Shown in pieces: positions 1 to 13,396 of a stretch of 64,000 bases of DNA. The translations under genes were made by a program, and so were the position numbers. The DNA is from Lytechinus pictus (taxonomy: Eukaryota). The DNA is taken from contig NC_087251.1 of assembly GCF_037042905.1 (NCBI RefSeq), positions 29,328,001-29,392,000 of the forward strand, given 5' to 3'. The notes below the pieces were generated by a model that searched no databases, had not been told where the DNA came from, and saw only the letters and a program-made list of their open reading frames with translations. Position 1 is the stretch's first letter; each line of letters opens with the position of its first letter.

Positions 1-424
1 TCTGATCTAAATCGTGAATTATGGTGAGTGTTATTGGTGCATTGATACGTTGCAAGTCGTTTAGTATATCTCAAAAAGAAAATAAGGGCAATAATAAGCA
101 TATCAAGGGCGTTTTAACGTTTTATAACAGGAATCTGTATCCCACCGCTGCTCCAACAATGAAAATGGGTGCGAAATGACACTTGATTGCCACTATGTCA
201 TTTAAAAGGTAACTGTTGGAACCATATTGACAATACACAATAAGAAAATAAAAGGTTCAACTTTGTGTCTTTGAAAGGTGCCACCTTATACCATACTACG
301 ATTAAATTCTGTTAGGTGCGAAATATTGCACTCCCAGAGTGGCATGGCTAAAGATTCAAAGATTATCGTACTTTTTTTGAGTGCATGTGAAGAGTCAGCA
401 ATCGGTAATATCAAACTGTGGTAG

Positions 425-735
425 GAGATTGTATCCCACCGCTGCCACCATATGAGTAATAACTGGTGAATAGTCATTGGTGGTAGGAGTTTGTTTCCAC
501 ACCGCTGCCCCCATATTAGTAATAACTGGTTAATAGTGATTGATTGTAGAGTACTATCCCACCGCTGCCACCATATAATAACTGATGAATAGTCATTGGT
601 GTTAGGAGTTTTTATCCCACTACTGCTACCATATAGTAATAACTGGTGAATACTGATTGATGGCAAAATTTGTATCTCACCGCTGTCTCCATATTAGTAA
701 TAACTGGTGAATAGTCATTGGTGTAGGAGCTTCAT
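425..735. repeat. ~60-bp minisatellite (core GTATCCCACCGCTGCCACCATA...AATAACTGGTGAATAGTCATTG), about 5 tandem units plus dispersed cores near 137, 795 and 931
   Basis: Units recur at about 431, 491, 553, 611 and 671. The whole unit is conserved, not only the core. Confidence 0.8.
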
Positions 736-2458
736 AGCTCACACCATGGCACTTTTAAAAAAGTAATAAATTATCAACTCTAATTCAGACATTCGTATCC
801 CACCGCTTTCACCATATTAAAAATGAAGAGTCTCTATTCATTTTTATAACGTGGGCATGTATTTCGCCTATGTCACCATATTGAAATCGGAGAGTTTCTA
901 GTCATTTCGTAATTTTTCTAGCATGTCTGTGTATCCCACCGCTGCCCCAATATGAAGACTTTAAAGTTGATAGTCATTATTACAGTGTGAGTACGTACTC
1001 CTAAGGTTAATATGGACGACAATAATGCTTATGAAGGAACATAAACTAGACAAATGAACATTCTCAGTATAATAATAATAAAGTGTGAAATAGTAATATA
1101 AATCAAACTATATATTTACATAATGACATCAAAATTCAAAGTAAAAAATTGCTTTATCACAGTCTTTAGTGCAAGATGGCACAATGAAAGGTGACCATTA
1201 ACATGATTAATGGAGTGAATGAATGCTAAATATTGTGGATATGATTACTGAAGTACACTAAGTGCAGTTACATGTGCGTTCGTGTTGGAGATGGGTTGAA
1301 TAATTATTATCAACTTATTGACTTACTTCATCCTGTCGTTGGCAATAGAAGCATGTAAAATAAACAATACTTATTTCTGAATGGAACATATCAAAGGAAG
1401 CCTTATAATCTTGGAGAAAATTAATCATTACCTCCACTCTTCCAACCCACATCCATTGTTCATCTGGCAATTCGACTCAAGTGCTTTCAAAGTGTCTTTT
1501 ACTATTTTTATGACTAACAAATCGTCGTGTATATATCGGAGAATATCACGGAAAATGTAAGATCAGCGACATCATTATTGAATCTTCATGAATATTAAAA
1601 GCGGCTCCCTAATTTATGAATTCGGGGTTCAACAGTTAAATTTATTGCTTCTACGAAAGCATAATTACGTTCTTAATTGTAATACTGTGTAAGGTTTATA
1701 TCAATATCATATGAATAAAATTGATCTGCCGAGATGAATTAAAATGTTTAAAATAACAACTGTCTAATCTTGAAATCTTGTCTTTTCATTATTTTGGTTT
1801 TGCAAAAATGAATATTTATGTGAGTTTGGTAATTTCTAACAATACAACGAAAGAGATACGACATGGACTCACAAGCCGGAAATCATGGATATAAGATGTA
1901 ATCTTCATGTATATCCTATTCAAATCAGGAAACTTGACATTGCATTCAAAGATTTTCGGATAAATACCGTCTGCTCTCACCACTTGATTTGAGCAATTTT
2001 TTAAAGATCAATTGCTTTTAGTTTTACAATTCCCAAACGCAAGGCATTTATACACAACATAAAAATTAATTGAACTTTACAGAATGGTCGAAAATCAAGG
2101 TACGAAGATCTTTAATGATAAAAAATACTAGATATCAGTAATCAATATGGAGAAAAGTTTATTCAATTTATAGGTGCTGGTTTTATTATATCATCTATAA
2201 CTCTTAACTGAAAATCACTCATGCAATATCAGTGCGATTTTACTACAATCAAAGAGGAATAATGATTTATAGATACTTCTTCGCCAAAATGATTCTACTC
2301 ACTTTAATGAATTCTTACCTACCTTAATGCAAAAATTGCTCTTCAAATTGTGTGATTCATCTACAGTGTACATATCTAATTTCAAGTTTGATTGATTGTA
2401 TCTTTGAGCTGAAATATCTAAATAAAAAAAGAAAAGAAAACCAATGTAATGAACTTAC

Positions 2459-2539
2459 CATACCCTCGCCCATGATCTTACGCATGGCACCGCGGAACTC
2501 ATCAATATCTAAACCACCACCTCCATCTTCATCCGCTTC
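2459..2539 (-). CDS. EF-hand exon (EADEDGGGGLDIDEFRGAMRKIMGEGM) of an EF-hand gene resembling the WDY/EFCAB8/WDR49 EF-hand+WD40 family
   Basis: Acceptor ttttcgtag|GAA and donor ATG|gtaagt, 81 nt. Canonical EF loop D-x-D-x-x-G-x-L-x-x-x-E. Phase 0 with the 4309 exon. An alternative donor a few nt earlier cannot be excluded. Confidence 0.8.
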
Positions 2540-4308
2540 CTACGAAAATAAAATGTTGAGGAAAAATATAAAAATCACAAATTTATAGTGAAAATTCAGA
2601 GGCCCATATTTTTAAGACTGGTTTACTTCACCCATTGTCAAAGTCGCGGTTAAAATTATGGGAGGCTGAAAATGTAAACAAAGTATGAAATTGTGCTCCA
2701 TGTGTTTACTCGGCTGTTTTCCTATGCTTAAACCGTGAAGAACTTGAAAAATTACATTATGTCCCCCTTTCCAAAATATTACGAAATAAAAATATGTTAA
2801 AATGATTACACTCTTTCTGCAAATTATATGACAATAACATTCTTTCCATTCGCTTGCTAAATGTGTAGAGTATAGAAAGGAAGTACTTGTACCTCTCACA
2901 AAGATTATATTGTTTTTTATGTTTGATGTTTTGCGATCTGCATGAGATTGTTTATAACTCGATAATTATCCCCCGTGTTTTACACGCCATGATGCATCCA
3001 AACAATAACAACAGAACAATTTGTGACCTCATTATTGGGTGAAGTTCATACTTAAGCTTTAAATTTGCTTGGCATACTGTATTTTTTTCTGTTATGTGTT
3101 AAAAAAATAATTTTCCAACTTCCACCCCCCCCCCCTCCGAAAGAGTGGGATAATATCTCAGTTGATATTAACCATTATCAAATGTAGTGAGATTCCTGTC
3201 ATTATGTTCAGGCATTTTTTTCAGAACCTTTTGTGAATGTGTGAAATAATTAAGTCATCATAGAGAGATAATGATACATACAAAATATACATATTTCTAT
3301 CGGATCGTTCACTCTCCGTGCTTTGCTACATTTTTTGTGCCAACGTTTTACAAAGTGAGAGTATCTATTGATCCATAGAAGAAGTATGTTTACTATTTGT
3401 CAAAGGAATTAGACGAATTATCTCAATGGTTCGCAAAAACGCGAAAGCTGCTTAAAGGATTTAAAATGGGAATTTATTGAAAGTACGTCATCCTGCAGGG
3501 TCATTTCTCTTCTAATCTTCTCAATGTTACAATACATCGGTATCAATTCAATGATTTTGGTTCACAATGAAAACTAGTAACCGCTATATTCGGAAAGGAC
3601 TACTGTGCAACCATTACTGAGTAACACCCCCTTCAAAAAGACATGCATTTACATTTCATAAATTCAAGAATGATTCCAATTCATAAGATTTAATATTCAT
3701 TAATCATGTTAATCGATTCATGCATGGGGCTGCTTTAAATTACGATTTGTGTAATCCTGTATTATGCCTATTTGATATTGATACTCGGTGTTGAATTGAA
3801 CAGAGAAAACAGTGCGCTTAGAAAAGCCCAAAAATTAAACCAACGCCTGACAATATTAACGCACATTTCAAGATTTTTGTTGTAATCATATATTTACGAT
3901 ATTTTTTTCTATCCTATACCTGCTCTTATTATTTTCTGTATAAAGTCAAAGTTTCGCAAATTTCAGTTGGGGTGTATTACTGGTATAGAAGTAATTGTAA
4001 GGGGTGATAATTTTATTCAATTTTATTTTGTTTTCGTTTGGGTCGATTGAATTTCAATTCAGACAGATAATACCCAAAAAAAAGAGAAAAAATGGTTGAA
4101 TTCACATAATGGAGGAAAAAATATATATTTCTGGGAGTAAACGAGGTTTGGATTGGAGTCGAGCGGGGTGAGACCACAAAGATTGGGGGGGGGGGTGGAT
4201 ATATATAAGAAAAGTAAAAGGGGAGGAAGGAAAAATACATATAAAAAAAAGTTAAGTGGTGACGATAAGGAGGATATGAGAAAGAGGAGAAAGTGAATGT
4301 TAGCTCAC

Positions 4309-4554
4309 CTCGAATATTTCTTGTAGCTTCTGCAAATGATCGTTGTTCATCTCATCTTCCAGGCGTGCCCCCATCTCCTGCTTGCCCGACATGGAAGTCT
4401 TGGAACCCTGTGAATCAGAGTCGGAATCATTACTATCATCATCGGATACATAACTGGATCTGGCAGTCATTCTGCTTGATCGCCCTCGCCATCCAGCCCC
4501 ACCACCACCACCACCTCGTGGGTCAGGGGTGTGGGAGTTCGAACCCAGGTACAT
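4309..4554 (-). CDS. N-terminal coding exon of the same EF-hand gene (MYLGSNSH...RLEDEMNNDHLQKLQEIFE)
   Basis: GC-richer ORF, 82 codons from ATG 4554 to donor GAG|gtgagc. Joins in frame to give LQEIFE-EADEDGGGGLD, the entering helix plus loop of an EF-hand. Confidence 0.75.
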
Positions 4555-5542
4555 CCTTGAAGCTGGATCTACTATAGTGTCTATTTGATTACACAACGCC
4601 AATGATATCCGCAAGACGAATACTGTTCTTTGGGCTGATATTCATTCCAAATTAAGTCCAAAAACAGGTATGCATATCAATTACACATAAATGATAGCGT
4701 TTCACAAAGTTTAGATATATAAGAATCTTGCAGCTGTCCGATTGGTGTGATTGGTCTAAATCCTTCCCATGGTGCATCCTGTTTTATTTACAGTGGTAAC
4801 GGGGGAGTACATTGCTTGCCCACTTCTTGCTACCTTCCTTTATCTTCTTTCACAGGTGAGCCCGTCCGCTCAATGGAAGACTATAACCCCCTCATTTGCA
4901 TGAATCCATAATATTGATCAATCCAATATAAGTTGATAATAACGTTACAAGAAGAAGCATTGCCCTCCGTTCTTTGTCCATTGCTGGCAGACAGTGTGTA
5001 TTGGATGGTCACAAAATGTTTTGCGGTAGACCATCTTCCAAAGTTGGATGAGCAATCTTTGAAGGGTTGTCTTTTGTTGTCGAACAGAATATAGGTTCTG
5101 TTACAATACGCCATGAGTGTCATTACTGAAAATTGGGTAGAGTTCTACTAGGGAAATGGGCCTTTGTAGCTGTCTGTCTAATTAAATCTGTTAATTTTCA
5201 AGGATTTTTTTAAAGGGTGAATCGGTGAAAATTTTACTAAAATGTGATCTTAATCATTAAGGGTAGACTATAGGAGTAAATACATAAGGTATTGCAAACC
5301 ATGTTGTGTTTACCCAACTGAAGTTACATTTTCTGTCATAACCTAATTGCCACACTTACTGAGTGTGCCAAACTACATGTATATGGCAAGGAGATAGAAA
5401 TGTTGCAAAATCTCATTAGATTGTTCCTAAACTCATTTTATTAGAATATCTCATGAAATATATTTTGGTCAGGTTGCAGGATTTAATTTTCAAGTCCGTA
5501 TATAAAGATTCTTTTTAAAAGAGTAGGCCATACTACACACTG

Positions 5543-5789
5543 ATCATCATCATCAACATCATCATCTCTAGCATCATCATCATTATCATCATCATCATCA
5601 TCACCACCACCATCATAATCAGCATCATCATCACTAATATCATTTTATCATTACCACCACCGTCATCACCATCATCATCATTAATATCATCGTCACCACC
5701 ACCACCACCATTATCATCATCATCATTACCACTACCAGCACCATCATCATCATCATCATTACCACCACCAGCACCATCATCACCATCAC

Positions 5790-5861
<72 letters not shown>

Positions 5862-6075
5862 TACTTATATCATTTTATCATTACCACCACCATCATCACA
5901 ATCATCATTGCCATCATCGTCATCATCATCATCATCATTACCACCACCAGCACCATCATCACCATCATCATTACCACCACCAGCACCATCATCACCATCA
6001 TCATCATCATCATCATCATAATTACCACCACCATCATCATCATCATCATCGTCATGATCACCATCATAATTATCA
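5543..6075. repeat. (CAT)n/(CAC)n compound microsatellite
   Basis: Direct reading. Explains the poly-Met/poly-Asp ORFs in the track. Confidence 0.95.
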
Positions 6076-7117
6076 TTTCTGCTTGTCATTTTGGGGGGTG
6101 GACAAATTAGCACCCCGTAAACAAGTCCTACTCTGGATCCGCGCCTCCTACGATCACATTCATGATCATCTTTACGAGCAACATTCTAGAGGCAGAGCAA
6201 ATATCAAGGTTCGTGCGTAGGGAAATTAATATTAAACTTTATCATGTCAAAGACTGGCAAAAGTGTTGTAACGCCACCTACTTCACGATTTTCTGTCCTT
6301 TTAAAGAAAACGACAGGTGTTCCACTACAATCATCTCTTTTTTGTAATTTCATACAGAAATAATTTTCACATGCATGACTTGATTGATAAGCATTGAAGC
6401 AGACTCCCTTCGAGTTCGTCTTGTGTATGGTTAACTTCCTTGGTTACAATTATGCCAATTGCATGTTTTACAATAAGCTTTTTTTTTTCAAGGGTTTATT
6501 TTGTTATAATAAAATGCAATTTCACAACGCAGTCGTCAACTACATGAATGGGGACCTGTTCATATATGATATTTAAGAGAAAATACGGGAGAAGTAGATT
6601 GGGGCATTTCATGATTTACTGGCTAATTTGCTCTCAGACAAGGATTTTCAGTAGCTTACAACAGCTGCTGTCGATGAAAGTAACTGACAAAAATATTCAT
6701 GAAAGATCTAGGGCAGTATTTTGCGAAATAAATAATCATCGATTGATAATTTATTAATTAATCTGACTGTTATAAACTACCAAAATACTTGTATCTGATT
6801 GTCCAAGAACAAAATGAACAGGGAAAAATATTCAAAGATTTGTTTCGCAAAATGTTCTCCTGGAAGCTTTGGCTTTATTTCTACCAAATAATTCTTAAAA
6901 GTGGTGTAAATTAATTTACACCGGTAAAGCGTTTAAGATAGTGAGTACTCCTATAATCAGTTGCTCAAAAAAATATCCGAAACGAGCAAAAACACAAAGG
7001 CAAGCAAATAATAATATTGCACCCTTGATTTTTACGAGTAATTATGCATTGTCAGTGCAATCAATCATACAAAAAGATATATGTTGTACGATGATATTAA
7101 GGTTGGTGTTGCGGACC

Positions 7118-7380
7118 CGCATTCTGAAGTCGGGTTTAACTTCGACCACGGTCTAACTCTGTGCTAAAATTATGGGGAGCCAAAAATTCAAAAAAATTGT
7201 TTCTATTGTATTTAAAAATACTTCATTTATCATTGCCAGACAATTATGAACAATTTGGGTGTCATATGAGTCAATAAATTGGATGTGTACTGTTAGAGAC
7301 TTGTGCCCCAATTGGCTATCGATAGTTAAACCACAACTTTAAACCAGGGTTTGATTGAAATCCTAGTTCAGAATACGAGT
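7118..7380. mobile_element. Small degenerate MITE
   Basis: Imperfect inverted ends gacccgcattctgaa ... ttcagaatacgagtt. Confidence 0.45.
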
Positions 7381-7396
7381 TAGTGACGTCATTTAC

Positions 7397-7507
7397 CTTG
7401 GAACCCTTTCCATCTGCTTGCGTAGACCCTTCATCAGGACTGGTAACTGATGTTTGAGAATCGGAGATTGGGAAGAGGCTCTTTCTCCGATCCTTTGAAG
7501 ACTTCAT
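7397..7507 (-). CDS. Candidate alternative first coding exon of the EF-hand gene (MKSSKDRRKSLFPISDSQ...DGKGSK); exon 7397-7520
   Basis: Acceptor ttcttgatag at 7521-7522, aaagATG context, 37 open codons, donor CAAG|gtaaat. Confidence 0.45.
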
Positions 7508-9282
7508 CTTTTATGATGATCTATCAAGAAGGTAATATAATAGAGCGGATTAGCTCCAAAAATCACAACAATTGTGCAAATTTTGACTAAAGCATGAAAC
7601 TTTCACAAGTATAAGTATATGCCCTAAGATTTATTTTAAAGGTGGGAGGTAAATTTTAAAATGCCATTTTCGGCCGTTGCCATGGCAACAGATTAATTTC
7701 TCAAAAATGACATACATTCCCATGTAAATGGTAAATAAACATGACATAGATGACCAAAATGATAATTTTCAAGTTCCCAATTGAATATATATAAAATTTA
7801 GAAACATTCAAAATTAACAAGATAGTTCCAATTGGTCCGTTGCCATGGCAACGGCTTGTTTTTCCCCAGAAAAATAAAAAAACTGATTAAAAAAACGTTG
7901 TAGAATAGGATTTATTTTTAATTTCCCCTAATTTTACAGTGTTAAACAACGATATTTTGGTTGCTCAATGTATATACTACATCTCAAGCCATTGCCATGG
8001 CAACCAAATAACATCTAATTTACAAAAATAACATGGTAAACTAGACAATGGACAGGTGGAAAATACAACTGGAAATGACTTAATCTGTATGCTTAAGTTT
8101 TGGCCCCCTCATTTGAACAAAAAATACAGAATGTGTTCTGCAGGAGTTCTTTATAAAGATAAAACATTATGTTGCCTTGGTAATGCTTGAATTAAATAAA
8201 AAAAACGAATGTTGCAAAGATCCCGTTGCCATGGCAACAGTTTATTTCCCTCTAGAAAGGTAAAAATATTGATAAAAATATAGAATACATGTATGATCAT
8301 CATTCCATTTTCAATATTTTTAAGGAACTAATCAAAATATGATTGTGACTACATTTATAAATATAACATCTTAAGCCATTGCCATGGCAACCAGATAACA
8401 TCTAACTTAAAAAAACAACAGCAGGGATGACAAGGTTATGGATAGGTGAAAAGTACAATGAAAATTAACTTATGTAAATGCATAAGGTTTGACCTACTCA
8501 ATTAATTTAGGGGAAATAATACAGTGAGTGTTCTGCATGAACTAATTGGAATGATACAGATTGACGTTGCCTTGGTAATACTTGAATTCAACGATAAATA
8601 TCAATGTTGCAAATTGCCTGTTGCCATAGCAACGGATCATTTAGTACCAGTTTTTATTAAAAAAGGACTATAGAATCTGGTTTTTCTTGCATTTCCCCCA
8701 ATCTTAGTGTGTTAAACATAACTATATGTTTGATGCAAATTGTTTAAATAAAATCTAAAGCTATTGCCATGGCAACCAAATAATATCTAATTCACAAAAA
8801 AATAATAATTTGGATGACAAGATCATGGACAGGTGGAAAATACAAATATAACTCAATATGCGAAAGGTTTGGCTAGTCATTTAATTTTAAACAAAAAATT
8901 CACTAAGTATTCTGTATGAGTTCATTAGAATATTAAATTTTTTTTGCCTTGGTAATTCTTGAATTAAATGATAAATATTAATAATTTTAATGTTCTGTTG
9001 CCATGGCAACAGCTCATTTCCCCCAGAAAAGTATCAGCAGCTTTGATAAATAAAAACATGATAAAATCTGATTTTTCTTTCATTTCCCTTAAGTTAAGGG
9101 TGTTAGAAAATATACGTTTGCGGTTAATATGTAGATAACATCTTCAGCCATTGCCTTGGCAACCAATCAAGATGTAATTTATAAATACAAAAAAAAAATT
9201 ACTGTTGAAATGATAATGGTCAGGTGGGATGTAAAATAAAGGTTTACTTTTAAAAGCTACATAATGTTTGACCAGTCATTAA

Positions 9283-9857
9283 AGGGGAATGAAACCTTTG
9301 GAACAAGTAGGCTTGTGTCGAAACAGAAAAATCAAAGAATAAGAACAAAGAAAGTTTGAGAAAAATCAGACAAATAATAAGAAAGTTATGAGCATTTGAA
9401 TATTGCAATCTCTAATGCTTTGGAGATCCTCCCATTGGCAACGCTACAAGGATGTGTGATGTCACACATGAACAACTTTCCCTTTGATGGACCCTGAAAA
9501 TGTGTCTTTTTGCTTTTTCGTATGGTGATACAAACTCTTTATCCATGATGTATTCTATAAAAATCTGTATTACATGCCCTCCTATAGAAAGAATACATGT
9601 TCTACTGATAGATGTAATAAAAGAGGCAATTTAAGTGAAATATATACTAAAGTAATGGGGAGAGTTGTTCAAGAGTGACATCACACATCTTTGTCGCATT
9701 GCCAATGTGAGGATCTCCATAGCATTAGTGATTGCAATATTCAAAAGCTCATAACTTTCTCATTATTTGTCCGATTTTTCTCAAACTTTCATTGATCTGT
9801 TTCTTAGATTTTTCTGTTTTCACACAAGCTATCTTGTTCCAAAGGTTTCATTCTCCT
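9283..9857. mobile_element. Kolobok-like MITE nested in the left arm of the Academ-like element
   Basis: TTAA|AGGGGAATGAAACCTTTGGAACAAG ... CTTGTTCCAAAGGTTTCATTCTCCT|TTAA, long TIRs (~190 bp). The host unit resumes after removal. Confidence 0.85.
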
Positions 9858-11399
9858 TTAAGTTTTGAACAAAAATTACAGTAAGTGTTCTGCATGAGTA
9901 CAATAGCATGATAAAAACTGATGCTGCCTTGGTAATGGTTGAATTTAATATCATTTTTTTGCAAATGTGTAACGGATCGTTTTCCCCCAGAAAATACCAT
10001 CTTTGATAAAAAAAATACCTAGTAGAATCTTATTTTTCATTCATTTCCACTAAGGTTAGGGTGTCAAACATACACGTACATGTTTGTTGTTAAATGTATA
10101 AATAACATTTTAAGGCGTTGAAATGGCAATAACATAACATTTCATTTACAAAAAAACATAGCTGACAAGATAATGGACCGAAGGAAAATACAATAAAATT
10201 AACTGAATATGCGTAAGGTTTGACCTACTCTTTTAATTTTGAACAAAAGTTACATTAAGTGTTATGCATGATTTCATTAGGATGACAAAAATTACTTTTG
10301 TTTTGGTAATGCTTGAACATAATGATGAATATCAATGTTACAAATGGCTCCAGAAAAGTACAAATTTTGATAAAAATATGTTTATTTATTTCCTTTTCCC
10401 TTATAGGAGGTTGCTTAACATAAATATGCTACATGATAAGCACCATCTTATTTCATTAGACATGGCATCGAAATAAGACCTACAAAAATCACATCAGACT
10501 TTTTTGGGCTCAAATAAATTCCCGAAACTCTAATTTTGATGCTGGACAATTACGTTCAAAGTATTCGCAGGCGGCCATTTTGAAGAAAGCGTTTTGGGGT
10601 GATTTGTGTTTTAAAGCTGTTCATCATATCAATAACTAAGGGGATTATAGGGGTTGATGAATCAAAATCTTAACTCTATTTGAGGAGTAGACATGGTCTT
10701 GATATCCTAATCAAGGTAAATACAGTAAATCAACTTTTACATGGAGATCATGAAATCATGAAATCCTTCCTTGTTCGACTGTTTTAGCATACTTGGCTTG
10801 AAATATGATAGCAAAGCACTATTAGGCATCATCTGCCAGGATACACCTTTTAATTCCTGCATACAAATGTCAGAAAATCGTTACTTTGTGAAAATTCCCA
10901 TAATTTCTTTAAAAATTCATGAAAATTGCCGAAAATTAAAAAAAAATTCCCACAAAAGTCACGTTTATTCCCATGGAAAGTTTCCATCAAGAAAATTCCC
11001 GGGAATTTGCAACCCGTCTCCCCTCCCCCCCCCCCTCCCAAAAAAGAAAAAAAAAATCATTATCAAGAAATAATACAGAGAAAGTGAAAGAGAGATGGAT
11101 AAAATATGATTATTTTACGAATAATATACCAAAAAGGAAAAATTTGGAAATTTTTGCTCTGTCGCTGGCTCGGTGAGAACATTTTAAAGTAAATTTTGCT
11201 TGATATGTCATATCTGGCCCCCTCAAAATTGCACTGCTGATTTTGAAGAAGAAAATTTTGTAATACTGTGATAATTTTTAAAGTAACATATGAATCTATT
11301 CAACGCCAAGTGTAATCTATTCACTGGTTATTTTACATGAAAAGTAGACTCGTCAAATAAAATAAAAAATACCTTTACTGGTTGAAAGGTTAAAAATAA

Positions 11400-13396
11400 T
11401 TTAAGCAAGGGTATTCCAAGATGGTGCCCTCAGTGGGTGCCATAGGCTAAAAATCCACAATTCATCCATTACTTGATAAAATGGCTTTAATTTGGTTTCT
11501 ATTCATTGGTTTTAAGGATCAAGTAGTACATTGGACCAAGTTACAGGGAAAGCCAGTGGTCTGGAATGTCCAAAAATCCAAGATGGCTTCAAAAAATTGA
11601 ATCTAAAATGGTTGCTTATACCTAAAGCGGACATAGCTCATTTCATATTGGCCTGGAGGATAATATTTTGGTGTCTAAATCATTGGTTTCAAGAGTAAAT
11701 CATTGGTTTCAAGAGTCTAACAATATTAGTACAAGTTACAATGACAGTCAGGTGTATTCGAAAATCCAATATGGCTTCCAAAAACTATTCTAAAATGGCT
11801 GCTGATACTTAAAAGTGGAATAACTCCTTTTATATTCACCTGTGAGATATGATTTTGGTGTCTAAACCATAGTTTCAAAAGTGAAATAATAAATTAGGAC
11901 ATAGTTTGTTCAATATCTGTCTGGGAAATATGATTTTGATGTCTAAACCATCATCATAAAACCATGGTTTAATGCATTAGAACAAGTTACAAGGACAACC
12001 AATGGACTGGTATGTTAAAAAATCCAAGATGGCCTCCAAAATGGGGTCTAAATTGACTGTTGTTACTTCGAAATGGACATATAATTCATTAATAATGCAC
12101 ATTGGGGGTATGTTTTTGGTGTCTACACTAGTGTTTCAGGGGTCAACTAATACTGTACATTGTGTCAAGTTGAATGGACAGTCGGGTGTTAATATTGTGT
12201 CCAAAAATTCAAAGATTGTTTGAAAAATGGGGGTTTTAATGTTACTTAAAAGTGGACATAGTACATTAAAAAATACTCCTGGGGATGTTATTTTGGTGTC
12301 TACATTAGAATTTCAAGGATCAAATGATACGTTGGGACTGGTTACAATGATGTATAGATGTCCATTTTGCCTGAAAATCCAAGATGGCATCAATGAATGG
12401 GTTAAAAAATGACGACTGTTACGTTGAAGTGGATATGATATCCACTTGTGAGAATCTACCTTGGATTTTGGACAAAATTGAAAACTAACCATCCTTGTTA
12501 CTTGTCCTAATGTAATAGTGGACCCTTCATACCACAGTGTAGACACCAAAGATGTTTCTCACAGGTTGTATGAACTCTGATAATTTTTGAGTGATAGAAG
12601 TCATTTTAGATTCCATTTTGGTCACCCTCTTGGATTTTTAGGCAATTTGGACAACTGGATATCATTGTAACAAGTCTAAACGTATTTTTCGAAACTTTAA
12701 ACCAAAGTTTGAACACCAAAATCATTTTTCCTTGGTTGACTTTCAATGAACTATGTCAATTTTTAAGCAACAGACTCCAATTAAACCCCGATTGTTTGAA
12801 GCCATCTTAGATGTTTAGACATATTGGATTACTCACTGTCCTTGTAACTTGTTCCATGTCATGATGTATTTACTGACTTTTAAAACCATGGTTTAGATAT
12901 CAAAATAATATGCCCTTGGCAGATATTACACGAAATATGTCAATTCTTTAGTAACAGGGCTATTCTATGATCCATTTTTTTTAAGCCACCTTGGATTTTT
13001 GACATACTTGACCACTGAGTGTTCTTGTAACTTGTCCTAATGTATAGTTTGACACATTTCACCATGGCATAAACTTATTCCAGGCTAAACAACAATTTTA
13101 GACTCTATTTTCAAAGCCATCTTGGATTTTTTAAATATACTGGACAACTGACTGTCCGTGTAACTTGTCATAGTGTATTACTTGACCATTGAAACCATGG
13201 TCTAGACACCAAATCATATATCCCAGACGGATATGAAATAAGCTATGTCCATTTATATATCAACAGCCATTTCAAACTCCATTTTTGGAAGCTGTCTCAG
13301 GGTCTTGGACACATCAGACCACTGGCTGTCCTTGTAACTAGTCACAATATACTACTTCACCCTTAAAACCATTGCATAGAAACCACATTAAGCCAC
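11400..13396. repeat. Second foldback array: ~190-bp units with AAAATCCAAGATGGC, forward to ~12420 then inverted from ~12455
   Basis: 11485-11565 is an approximate reverse complement of 13315-13396. Repeated ttggtgtctaaacc/ggtttagacaccaa motifs switch orientation at about 12440. Confidence 0.75.

Noticed and set aside
130..960. CRISPR-like spacing of the GTATCCCACCGCTGC motif
   Set aside because: The intervening sequences are themselves homologous, there are no cas genes and the context is eukaryotic. It is a minisatellite or TE subterminal repeat.
1430..1515. Donor-flanked minus-strand segment as the next EF-hand gene exon
   Set aside because: No frame resembles a second EF-hand or WD40 repeat. 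The next exon probably lies outside the window.
5640..6113. Poly-Met / poly-Asp ORFs
   Set aside because: Translations of the (CAT)n microsatellite.
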